From sequence record OP557969.1: DNA of 64,000 nucleotides. One strand, given 5' to 3'. The notes beneath the pieces are model-generated. The model was given only the letters and a program-made list of their open reading frames with translations, was not told the DNA's origin and made no database searches. This stretch comes from Escherichia phage ph0011. Numbering within the stretch: the first letter of the stretch is position 1; every line of letters starts with the position of its first letter. Shown here piece by piece: positions 27,271 to 35,368 of this stretch. A program made the position numbers and the translations under genes.

Positions 27271-28197
27271 TTGAAACAAGCGAAAAAAGCACTGAAAACT
27301 AAAATTGCCGTAGGCGTATTAGTTTCATCAGCCCTATTCGCTGCTATTGGATTTTATGGTTTTTCACGACATGATCATGCACCATCATTAGACGAAAGTC
27401 AGGTGCATAATTTGAAACCACAGTTGACTCAAATTCAAAAGCAGGAACTACCACAGGTATCAGTACCGAAAACAGTTCCAAGCAGCGAGAAACATTATAC
27501 GGTTCAACCTGGTGATAGTTATTATTCTATTGCTAAAAAGTTTAAACCTAAAAATGTACAACTTGAAGAGTATGTTATTTTGTTGAAAAATATCAATTTA
27601 AATGCTACACTTCATACTTCTCAGGGTATCTTTATCCCAACAAAAGAGGATTTGAAGAACATATTATTACCAGATGTGACTGTTCTGTTTGATTACACTG
27701 ATCCAGAAATTATCAATCACATTAAAGAAGCTGAAGGTTCAATAGAATACCAGTCCAAGAATAAACGACGTTTACTGGGTGGTCAGGTTGGTGTTTCATA
27801 TCGTAATTCTAAATTTTATCCATACCGTGATGTAAAAGGTAACTATACGATTGGGTACGGTCACTACCTTGGTAAGAATGCTTCTGATGCAAGTAAGTAC
27901 CGTAACGGAATTACCAAATCACAAGCACATAAACTTTTATTGGATGACATGGAACGAATTAATAATGATTTAATTTTATTATTGAAGAAGCGAAATGCGA
28001 CAAACCTTACGGTCGAACAACAACGAATTTTATTTGAGATGGCATTTACTCTAGGAGTTGACAAGTTAAACACTTTCAATAAACTATGGAAAAGCGTTGA
28101 AAATCAAAATTACAACAAGTTCAAAAAAGAAATTAAGAATTCTCTATGGTATCGTCAAGTAGGAAACCGTGCAGAATTGTTGTTAAGCTCACTCTAA
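27271..28197 (+). CDS. peptidoglycan hydrolase: N-terminal signal-anchor/TM + LysM + T4-lysozyme-family (GH24) domain; likely TTG start
   Basis: AGGAGG 4 nt before TTG 27271 (ORF track uses TTG 27238); Gly/Ala-rich TM IAVGVLVSSALFAAIGFYGF; LysM YTVQPGDSYYSIAKKF; lysozyme motifs NYTIGYGHYLG and SLWYRQVGNRAELL. Confidence 0.8.
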   Translation: MKQAKKALKTKIAVGVLVSSALFAAIGFYGFSRHDHAPSLDESQVHNLKPQLTQIQKQELPQVSVPKTVPSSEKHYTVQPGDSYYSIAKKFKPKNVQLEEYVILLKNINLNATLHTSQGIFIPTKEDLKNILLPDVTVLFDYTDPEIINHIKEAEGSIEYQSKNKRRLLGGQVGVSYRNSKFYPYRDVKGNYTIGYGHYLGKNASDASKYRNGITKSQAHKLLLDDMERINNDLILLLKKRNATNLTVEQQRILFEMAFTLGVDKLNTFNKLWKSVENQNYNKFKKEIKNSLWYRQVGNRAELLLSSL

Positions 28198-28213
28198 AAA
28201 AGGTAGGTAAATT

Positions 28214-28546
28214 ATGCTAAATCTAAACATTCAAGGCAACATTGATATCACTCCAGCAATCCAAGATGCTATTTACAATGAAGCAAAAAGTCTGGATAAG
28301 TACCGTACTTCTTCAGTACTAGACATTGGTGTTCATGTTAAGAAAGAGCATAAAACTCAATATGCTGTAACTTTAACTGCTGGTAGTAAATCAGTGACTG
28401 CTGATGATGCTGATTTGTATAAAGCAATTGTTGAATCTTTTGATAAGATGGAAACTGTATTCAGTAAAGACAAAAGCATTAAATTGCACCGCCGAAACCA
28501 CCCAGAACATCCAGTTCTTGATGATTTGACAGAAAACGAAGAGTAA
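28214..28546 (+). CDS. hpf: ribosome hibernation promoting factor / RaiA (YfiA)-like protein
   Basis: MLNLNIQGNIDITPAIQDAIYNEAKSLDKY ... LYKAIVESFDKMETVF follows the HPF/YfiA pattern (MQLNITG.N.EIT.AL ... LEQY ... MYAAIDGLIDKL) as recalled. Confidence 0.65.
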   Translation: MLNLNIQGNIDITPAIQDAIYNEAKSLDKYRTSSVLDIGVHVKKEHKTQYAVTLTAGSKSVTADDADLYKAIVESFDKMETVFSKDKSIKLHRRNHPEHPVLDDLTENEE

Positions 28547-28556
28547 TATATACTAA

Positions 28557-28586
28557 AGGGACAGAATTAATCTGTCCCTTTTCTTA
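28557..28586 (+). terminator. intrinsic terminator
   Basis: agggacag/ctgtccct 8-bp stem, 7-nt loop, T-rich tail. Confidence 0.7.
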
Positions 28587-28599
28587 TGGAGTTTTAATT

Positions 28600-28995
28600 A
28601 TGAATTGTTCCTGGATGGAAATTGTAAAATCTCTAATATCAACACATGATATGGACTTACCTGAACACCTAGTTATTAATAGATGGTTCTATCCATATCC
28701 AGATAACCGTTGTGTTGGAATTGGATTTTTTATTAATGAAAAATCTCAATATATTGTATTAATTGAAGATTATACAAAAACCAATATTGCGTTCTCAATT
28801 GAGTTGAATGTAGATCACATAAAATACTACACCAATAAAATGGATGAAGACGATGGTGATGTTATAATTCCAGCAGAAATAGACGAAGCTTCATTTTTTC
28901 AGTTATCATTAATTCATAATGTATCTGATATTACTTATGATAATGTGAAAGACCTTTTTATATTGTACAATAAACTGTATAATTACTTTATATGA
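28600..28995 (+). CDS. hypothetical protein
   Basis: ORF track. Confidence 0.45.
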   Translation: MNCSWMEIVKSLISTHDMDLPEHLVINRWFYPYPDNRCVGIGFFINEKSQYIVLIEDYTKTNIAFSIELNVDHIKYYTNKMDEDDGDVIIPAEIDEASFFQLSLIHNVSDITYDNVKDLFILYNKLYNYFI

Positions 28996-29379
28996 TTGAG
29001 GTGTAAGTTGAGAAATACATTAATTAAAGTTAATTTATCACATTTCGACCCATATCAGAAATATGAAGAAAGTCGAAGATATAATATTAATGAATATTTC
29101 ACAATATATTTCAATAGAACATATAGCATGATCATCATTACTATTTGTAATCATATAAAAATTTGTATAACAAAAGACACAATAACTTTATACATTCAAG
29201 GCAAAGAAACTGATATTCCAACAGATTTGGATGAAGATGGATATGCTCAAGACGAATTCTTGAGAGATCACTTGTTGATTGAGTACAGCACTTATGCATT
29301 GATTAATTTCTACAAAGTAAATTACATTAAGTGGTTGTCTGGTGAATGTGATGATGGTATAATAGAGTATAATATATAA
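28996..29379 (+). CDS. hypothetical protein (TTG start per ORF track; uncertain)
   Basis: ORF track. Confidence 0.3.
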   Translation: MRCKLRNTLIKVNLSHFDPYQKYEESRRYNINEYFTIYFNRTYSMIIITICNHIKICITKDTITLYIQGKETDIPTDLDEDGYAQDEFLRDHLLIEYSTYALINFYKVNYIKWLSGECDDGIIEYNI

Positions 29380-29403
29380 TATATAATGAATACAATTATG
29401 CTT

Positions 29404-29511
29404 GAAGAAGATTAGGGTGTTTATTAACAAGAAATCGACGTGAACAAAGAACCAAAATACAAGCCTAATGGCTTCTGGGAACGTCTCTTTGATTGGCTGA
29501 TGGGGGAGTGA
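29404..29511 (+). repeat. direct repeat copy A (about 110 nt) of a micro-ORF element; this copy carries in-frame TAG and TAA
   Basis: gaagaagattAgggtgttt ... ggcttctgggaacgtct ... tgattggctgatgggggagtga; aligns with copy B at 30536..30643. Confidence 0.7.
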
Positions 29512-29696
29512 TGGAATATACAATATGTGCTATTATTTGTATCTTAGCTTTAATCTGTGGTGTTGGTGTGATGGTTTATTGTGATGTAGAACCCAGTACT
29601 GAAGTAGGTACAACCATCACATTTAAACCTGGTGTTAAAATTAATGATACCTATTGCTACAATCCAAACACAAACCGCTATGAGATTTGTTTATGA
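29511..29696 (+). CDS. small Cys-rich membrane protein (start moved to ATG overlapping repeat-A stop, TGATG)
   Basis: MEYTICAIICILALICGVGVMVYC hydrophobic N-terminus. Confidence 0.4.
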   Translation: MEYTICAIICILALICGVGVMVYCDVEPSTEVGTTITFKPGVKINDTYCYNPNTNRYEICL

Positions 29697-30100
29697 GAAC
29701 ATTCAACATTGTTCATATAATTGAACCGATTGCAGAACATATGAAAAACATAAGTAATAACGAGTCAGGTTTTTACTTCAATTTAGATAAACTTCATCGT
29801 TATACCAATGTATCTAGTTTTAATCGTGCTAAGAGACTTTATATCCGTATACACAACCTATGGTACAGTGATGATACGTTGATGATAGATATCACTGTTG
29901 ATGAAGACATAAAATTAAGATATATTGACGATTTTAAATCAGATGATATTCGTTCTGGTTCATTACCAATTGATGCTTCATATGAAGAATATCTGCAATA
30001 TCAGTTCATTGATGACACATTTGGCTTTGACTTTGAACTATATAATAGTATAATGAACGTATACCATATATATGAAAGGCATTTGAATGGACATTCGTAA
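29693..30100 (+). CDS. hypothetical protein, paralogue X1
   Basis: ATGA overlap; C-terminal YEEYLQYQFIDDTFGFDFELYNSIMNVYHIYERHL resembles next gene. Confidence 0.45.
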   Translation: MRTFNIVHIIEPIAEHMKNISNNESGFYFNLDKLHRYTNVSSFNRAKRLYIRIHNLWYSDDTLMIDITVDEDIKLRYIDDFKSDDIRSGSLPIDASYEEYLQYQFIDDTFGFDFELYNSIMNVYHIYERHLNGHS

Positions 30101-30509
30101 AATACCAAATTTCAACAGCACATTAAGGTTCTTTTCTGAACATGAAATCAGTACTGAAAGACGTGGTTTAGTTACATATAATCAACATCGTGTTATGTAC
30201 ACTAATAATTTTCAGGGTACTGTACGAATAAAATTTCGTAATGCGTTAGAAGAGAATGATGAATTGTTAATTTTACTAAGAAAAAGTAAGATTGAATTGA
30301 CATACGCAACTCACCATATTGAAAGTGAGTTGATGTGGCACACCCTATCAAAAAAAGAAGGTTCATTACCAGTTGTTGATAATGGTCCTGAAACACTTGA
30401 TCAGTACATGTTCATTGATGATACATTTAGTATTGACTATCCATCATTTCAGTGTATACTAGATATACATGCAAAATATTACGACCGTCTACGTGATAGA
30501 TTAATTTAA
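30087..30509 (+). CDS. hypothetical protein, paralogue X2
   Basis: C-terminal LDQYMFIDDTFSIDYPSFQCILDIHAKYYDRL parallels X1. Confidence 0.45.
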   Translation: MDIRKIPNFNSTLRFFSEHEISTERRGLVTYNQHRVMYTNNFQGTVRIKFRNALEENDELLILLRKSKIELTYATHHIESELMWHTLSKKEGSLPVVDNGPETLDQYMFIDDTFSIDYPSFQCILDIHAKYYDRLRDRLI

Positions 30510-30520
30510 TTGGAGGCATT

Positions 30521-30643
30521 GTGATTACAGTGTTAGAAGAAGATTGGGGTGTTTCCGAGCAAGGAACAGATGAATATGAATATCCAGAATATCAGCCAAA
30601 AGGCTTCTGGGAACGTCTACGTGATTGGTTGATGGGGGAATAA
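30521..30643 (+). CDS. candidate 40-aa micro-ORF (GTG start) ending ...KGFWERLRDWLMGE
   Basis: intact ORF only in copy B; GGAGG 4 nt upstream of GTG; stop 1 nt before cca ATG. Confidence 0.3.
   Translation: MITVLEEDWGVSEQGTDEYEYPEYQPKGFWERLRDWLMGE
30536..30643 (+). repeat. direct repeat copy B of the micro-ORF element
   Basis: shares 5' 20-nt and 3' ~45-nt blocks with copy A. Confidence 0.7.
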
Positions 30644-30644
30644 T

Positions 30645-31757
30645 ATGAAAAAGTATTTGGTTGGAGGTTATACGAGAGATCGTTTAATGGGCATCCGTGC
30701 AAAAGACAAAGATTATGTCATTGTTGGTGCAACTGAATCCGATATTAAGTACTTGCAAAGTATTGGTTATAAGCAAGTAGGCAAGGACTTCCCTGTGTAC
30801 TTGAGTCCAGAGGGTAATGAACACGCATTGGCTCGTACCGAGCGTAAGACTGGTACTGGATATGGTGGTTTCGAAGTGAATACAAAAGGTGTGACACTAG
30901 AACAAGATCTATATCGTCGTGATCTCACAATCAATAGTATTGCTTATGATCCAGTACTCCAGATTCACATCGACCCTTATGGTGGGAAAGCTGATATCAA
31001 GAACAAAGTACTTCGTCATGTATCAGAACACTTTAAAGAAGATCCATTGCGTGTTCTACGTTTGGCCCGTTTCGCTACACGTTATTCAGACTTTTCTATC
31101 CATGAAAGTACAGAGGAACTTGCTATTAGTATGGTCAATAGTGGTGAATTAGATCATCTTGTCCCAGACCGTGTTTTTGTTGAATTTGAAAAAGCACTTT
31201 CTGAAGAAAAACCATCTAAATTCCTCAAAACCCTAAGTAAATTTGGTTATTATGAGAAAGTTTTCAAAACATCTCTAACTAAAAAGAATTTAGACATAAT
31301 TGATTATATTTCTGATAACTGCACGGATGTATATAAACCATATTTCTTGTGGGCAGTACTTCTTGAAAATGAAGAAGTAGATAATAATTCTGTTCTAAAT
31401 GGTGCTATTAAAGTACCAGTAAAGTATGTAAAATTTAGTAATTACATCAAACGTTTTTCTGATGATATCAAAACCTTCCGAAAAAAGACCCCAGATGAAA
31501 TGGGTAATATTTTAATGGAAATGAATATCAAAAACAACGGAGGTGAAGGATTCCTTTATAAAGTATTGGAGTATTTCATTTTACGAAAAGAAATCGATTT
31601 AGAACATGAAGACCTGATTGTTAAAGTATATGACAGATATACTGATGTAGTATTACCTGATATTCAGCAACTGGTGAAAGACGGTGAACTTGAAACATCA
31701 GAAATTCGTGATTTTGTTTGTGGGCTACGTTACGAAGCAATTAAACAATTATTCTAA
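30645..31757 (+). CDS. cca: tRNA nucleotidyltransferase (CCA-adding enzyme / poly(A) polymerase family)
   Basis: MKKYLVGGYTRDRLMG ... GYKQVGKDFPVYL ... ALARTERK ... RRDLTINSIAYD matches class II nucleotidyltransferase head domain as recalled from E. coli Cca. Confidence 0.85.
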   Translation: MKKYLVGGYTRDRLMGIRAKDKDYVIVGATESDIKYLQSIGYKQVGKDFPVYLSPEGNEHALARTERKTGTGYGGFEVNTKGVTLEQDLYRRDLTINSIAYDPVLQIHIDPYGGKADIKNKVLRHVSEHFKEDPLRVLRLARFATRYSDFSIHESTEELAISMVNSGELDHLVPDRVFVEFEKALSEEKPSKFLKTLSKFGYYEKVFKTSLTKKNLDIIDYISDNCTDVYKPYFLWAVLLENEEVDNNSVLNGAIKVPVKYVKFSNYIKRFSDDIKTFRKKTPDEMGNILMEMNIKNNGGEGFLYKVLEYFILRKEIDLEHEDLIVKVYDRYTDVVLPDIQQLVKDGELETSEIRDFVCGLRYEAIKQLF

Positions 31758-31867
31758 AAAAATCGGGACAAAAAACCAATAACTGATATAATTATTAGTA
31801 TCTGAACATCGATTGATGACAAAGAGATAAGATATGCGTTATAGTTGTGGAATAATATTTTATCGTG

Positions 31868-32266
31868 ATGGGCAGATACTTATCGGGCATACAACACGGA
31901 CAGAATCATTGGGATTTACCTAAAGGGAAAGCTGAGGGTAATGAAACATTTAAAGAAGCTGCTGTCCGTGAGTGCTACGAAGAGACAGGATACGAAATTG
32001 ATGAAGATGATCTTTTGTTTCTTGGTGATGTTTCCTATAGAAAGGGAAAAAGGCTAGTACTTTTCTTTTATACTGCCAAAGACAAACCTGTACCTGAAGA
32101 ATTAGTTTGTAAAAGTACTTACACTAACAGATACGGTAAGAGTCATCCAGAATTGGATAAGTTCATGTACATTGATGTACGAGAATGTCAAAAGTATTTG
32201 ACTGAACGAATGTGTAACAGTATTATTAAAGCTGTTAAAGCTTTTCAAAGAAATAGAAGGAAATAA
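31868..32266 (+). CDS. Nudix hydrolase (apparent +1 frameshift relative to a 29-codon upstream ORF that encodes the expected N-terminal beta strands)
   Basis: Nudix box GKAEGNETFKEAAVRECYEETGY (Gx5Ex7REUxEExGU); WDLPKG upstream; N-terminal segment MRYSCGIIFYRDGQILIGHTT is in frame 31834..31923. Confidence 0.7.
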   Translation: MGRYLSGIQHGQNHWDLPKGKAEGNETFKEAAVRECYEETGYEIDEDDLLFLGDVSYRKGKRLVLFFYTAKDKPVPEELVCKSTYTNRYGKSHPELDKFMYIDVRECQKYLTERMCNSIIKAVKAFQRNRRK

Positions 32267-32267
32267 C

Positions 32268-32516
32268 ATGAAAGTTAAAATTTATGGTCGAAAGACTGGT
32301 TGTAAATTTTGCGATACAGCTAAAGCTGTGTGTGAACAAAATAATTTTGATATGGAGTTCATTGATATTGTTGCTGAAGGGATTGATGGTGCTAAACTAT
32401 CAGAAATTTGTGGTGAACCTGTGCGTCAAGTTCCACAGATTTTCGTGAATGATGTTTATGTACCTGGTGGTTGTACTGGATTTATCAACGGACTCAAAGA
32501 AGGTCATTGGAAATAA
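32268..32516 (+). CDS. nrdC: glutaredoxin/thioredoxin-like small redox protein (T4 NrdC-like)
   Basis: 82 aa with CKFC redox motif near N-terminus; position next to nucleotide-metabolism genes. Confidence 0.6.
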   Translation: MKVKIYGRKTGCKFCDTAKAVCEQNNFDMEFIDIVAEGIDGAKLSEICGEPVRQVPQIFVNDVYVPGGCTGFINGLKEGHWK

Positions 32517-32758
32517 TGGATATTGAAAAGGTATCATCTCGTGCAAAACATCTAGCTGATACATTGGGAGTTGAGTTTAAAATTCCTGATATTACAATAG
32601 CTAAAGAAAAAGCCCAGAAGAAAATCAATAAGATGAAAGAATATCTATCTAAACAGGAACAATATGATTCTGCTGTAGAATTTATTATACAATCTTTTAG
32701 TAAAGATGATATTAAAGCATTCATCCAATATGTGAAGGTTTCTGATAACCCTAAATAA
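32516..32758 (+). CDS. hypothetical protein (start at ATG overlapping nrdC stop, TAATG)
   Basis: in frame with ORF-track ORF 32471..32758. Confidence 0.45.
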   Translation: MDIEKVSSRAKHLADTLGVEFKIPDITIAKEKAQKKINKMKEYLSKQEQYDSAVEFIIQSFSKDDIKAFIQYVKVSDNPK

Positions 32759-32803
32759 TCATGAAGAACAAAAGTTCTTCATAACAATTTGGGAGATACT
32801 ATT

Positions 32804-33046
32804 ATGCTCAGTTTTCGTGAACAATTAGCAAAAGGTCAATTTCAGGCTAAAGCTCAAACTAACATTCCAAAAAAATCTGCTTTTTTGGGAACAATTACGG
32901 AAGATGGATATTGTGATTATGATGCACCAGAGGACTCATGGTACATCACAAAAGACACAAAACGCAGTAATAGACTTCACAAAAGTACAATAGCTAGAAA
33001 GCATCGAAAAGAATTGAAAAAAATCCGTTTCGGTGAAGAAGAATAA
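32804..33046 (+). CDS. hypothetical basic protein (start moved to ATG after GGGAGA)
   Basis: ORF-track frame. Confidence 0.4.
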   Translation: MLSFREQLAKGQFQAKAQTNIPKKSAFLGTITEDGYCDYDAPEDSWYITKDTKRSNRLHKSTIARKHRKELKKIRFGEEE

Positions 33047-33055
33047 TTTAAAATA

Positions 33056-33085
33056 AGGACTCTGACTATAGAGTCCTTTCTTTTC
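33056..33085 (+). terminator. intrinsic terminator
   Basis: aggactct/agagtcct 8-bp stem, T-rich tail. Confidence 0.7.
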
Positions 33086-33095
33086 GGAGAACATA

Positions 33096-33572
33096 ATGAT
33101 TCATGAACACAGAGGTAATCTGTTTGAATTATTCAGTACTGTAACAGATGATAATTCAGCATTACATATAATTGCTCATGGTTGTAACGCACAAGGTAAA
33201 ATGGGTTCAGGTTTTGCAAAAGAACTAAGAAATCGCTATCCAATGGCATATGATGATTATAAAGCATATGAAAAGGAAATGGGATTTCTAAGAACTGGGC
33301 AAATTTCATATTCTTTGGTAAGCAATGATTTGATTATTGCAAATTGTATTACGCAACAGTACTATGGCAATGATGGTAAAAAATATGTAAGTTATGATGC
33401 AGTTGACGATGTTTTTAAACAACTCAATTACTTATGTAATGTTGAACGAAGTATTCATGTGCACTTTCCGAAAATTGGAGCCGATTTGGGTGGTGGTAAC
33501 TGGAACGTTATCAAAGAAATCATTGATCATCGTTTGGTTAATGCAGAAAAACATTTATATATTCTAAAATAA
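33096..33572 (+). CDS. macro-domain (ADP-ribose-binding/processing) protein
   Basis: IIAHGCNAQGKMGSGFA ... FPKIGADLGGGNW pattern typical of macro/Appr-1-p processing domains. Confidence 0.55.
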   Translation: MIHEHRGNLFELFSTVTDDNSALHIIAHGCNAQGKMGSGFAKELRNRYPMAYDDYKAYEKEMGFLRTGQISYSLVSNDLIIANCITQQYYGNDGKKYVSYDAVDDVFKQLNYLCNVERSIHVHFPKIGADLGGGNWNVIKEIIDHRLVNAEKHLYILK

Positions 33573-33590
33573 AAAAAGGACTTGACAAAA

Positions 33591-33899
33591 ATGACTATGA
33601 CCGTTAAACTACTAAACATCAATAACATTGGCCCAGTACTAGCCGTTCTACAAACTGATTCCGCTGAAGCTGTTGTAGTCAACTACCCAGCACAACTCGG
33701 AACTGACGAAAATGGTGAAATCATTCTTCGTGATTATCTAGAGTTTGTCAGTATGGAGAAAAATGTTATTTTTTATAAATCCAACATTATTAGTGTTAGT
33801 GATGCAAATCCTGCATTGGTTGATGCTTATGTTGATGCTATTAAAGCAATCGAAGACACACCAAAAGTTTTCGTACCAGAGAATAAAATCATTGTATAA
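33591..33899 (+). CDS. hypothetical protein
   Basis: ATG in frame with ORF-track TTG start. Confidence 0.4.
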   Translation: MTMTVKLLNINNIGPVLAVLQTDSAEAVVVNYPAQLGTDENGEIILRDYLEFVSMEKNVIFYKSNIISVSDANPALVDAYVDAIKAIEDTPKVFVPENKIIV

Positions 33900-33911
33900 T
33901 AGAGGTATAAA

Positions 33912-34289
33912 ATGGCTGCTAATGACGTTAAAGTAAAAACTATTCAAGCTATCGTAGTACTGAAAGATTCAACTCCATCTCCAAAAGAATTGGTAATGGC
34001 TGGAATGACAATGCTTCATCAATACAATCCTGAATCACCAAATTATGTTCAAGAATACGAAGCAAAGCAGTTTAAAGTACATTGGCAGTCATGGATTAAA
34101 GATAATGAAATGGAGCAGGTCGTCTATGCTGCTGATGACATTTTTGAATTAGAACAAATTGAATATCTGGCAGGTCAACAATCAGTTCCATTGAGTATTT
34201 TTGGTAATGGTGAGGAAGTTTTAGTTCTAGGTCCATTCACTGCCGATGTAATTACACACTTACTAAGTAATTGTGAAAAAATTGGCTAA
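33912..34289 (+). CDS. hypothetical protein
   Basis: ORF track; SD-like GAGG upstream. Confidence 0.45.
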   Translation: MAANDVKVKTIQAIVVLKDSTPSPKELVMAGMTMLHQYNPESPNYVQEYEAKQFKVHWQSWIKDNEMEQVVYAADDIFELEQIEYLAGQQSVPLSIFGNGEEVLVLGPFTADVITHLLSNCEKIG

Positions 34290-34550
34290 ATGCTTAAAAT
34301 TATCAGGATACCGAAACAATACATTGATGTTAAATAATATAAAGTATTGGGTTGACCCATACTTTAATAATTCATTGTTAATGTACAGAGATAAAAGTCG
34401 AGATTTATACGGAATATATGTTACGCAGTTAATATATGCTATAGATTCAGAACATTTTACTCCGTTGGTATACCTGTACTGTCTTTATAATTCCAAATAA
34501 CTATTAGCACCTCTAAATAATGTATATAAACATTAATGAGGTGCTTTTTT

Positions 34551-35342
34551 ATGTCTTACGATTATATGGGTGGAAACCCAGATGCTCCTAACTTTGACCA
34601 TCGTGAAAAACTGAAAGATGTTATCACTCAAATGTTGGGTGCAGGGGCTGTTGAGGTAGAAATTACTGATGGTCAATTAGAAATTGCAATTGATAATGCT
34701 GTATCAAATTACAGAGCGTGGAGTTCTGCTTCTAAAGAAGAAGCATTTTTAAATATGAAATTCTATGATTCACAATCTGTATATATGCTCCCAACTGAAG
34801 TTGAAATAGTTAAAAAGATTTACCGCTATGGTAATGGTTATTTAAGTTCTGGGTCAGGTAACAGCGTAGACCCATTCTCATTGGCATTCACAAATACATA
34901 TCTATTGACTTCGGCTAGGAATGCAGGTGGATATGATTTAACAACTTATGATTTCAGTTTTCAATTTCAAGAATTGGTTGGTCGTATGTTTGGACGTGAA
35001 ATTATATTCCAATTTAACCCAATGACTAAGAAACTTATTATTGACCGTGATATTCGCGGTACAGAAGAAGTTCTACTACATGTGTATCATAATATTCCAG
35101 AACCATTATTGTTCCAACGTCAGCAAAGCTACCCGTGGCTTCGTGATTGGGCATTGTCTGAAGCAATGATTATGCTTGGTCGTAACCGTGCTAAGTTTGC
35201 TAGTTTGCCTGGACCACAAGGGACATTTTCAATGGATGGTGATACATTAAGAAATGAAGGTATCCAATTACAAGAACAACTAAAAGAACAGTTGAAGCGA
35301 TATAAAGATGGTGGAGAACCACTTGGAATGATTATCGGGTAA
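34551..35342 (+). CDS. hypothetical protein (start moved to ATG after GAGGTG; upstream hairpin)
   Basis: ORF-track frame 34536..35342; gcacctc ... gaggtgc hairpin plus T-run sits just 5' of start. Confidence 0.45.
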   Translation: MSYDYMGGNPDAPNFDHREKLKDVITQMLGAGAVEVEITDGQLEIAIDNAVSNYRAWSSASKEEAFLNMKFYDSQSVYMLPTEVEIVKKIYRYGNGYLSSGSGNSVDPFSLAFTNTYLLTSARNAGGYDLTTYDFSFQFQELVGRMFGREIIFQFNPMTKKLIIDRDIRGTEEVLLHVYHNIPEPLLFQRQQSYPWLRDWALSEAMIMLGRNRAKFASLPGPQGTFSMDGDTLRNEGIQLQEQLKEQLKRYKDGGEPLGMIIG

Positions 35343-35368
35343 ATTTTAAACATCAAAAAGAGTACTAT

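Noticed and set aside
34511-34556. Terminator at gcacctc ... gaggtgc + T6
   Set aside because: The loop would be about 30 nt, too large for a typical intrinsic terminator, and it overlaps the SD and start of the 34551 gene; more likely a 5'-UTR structure.
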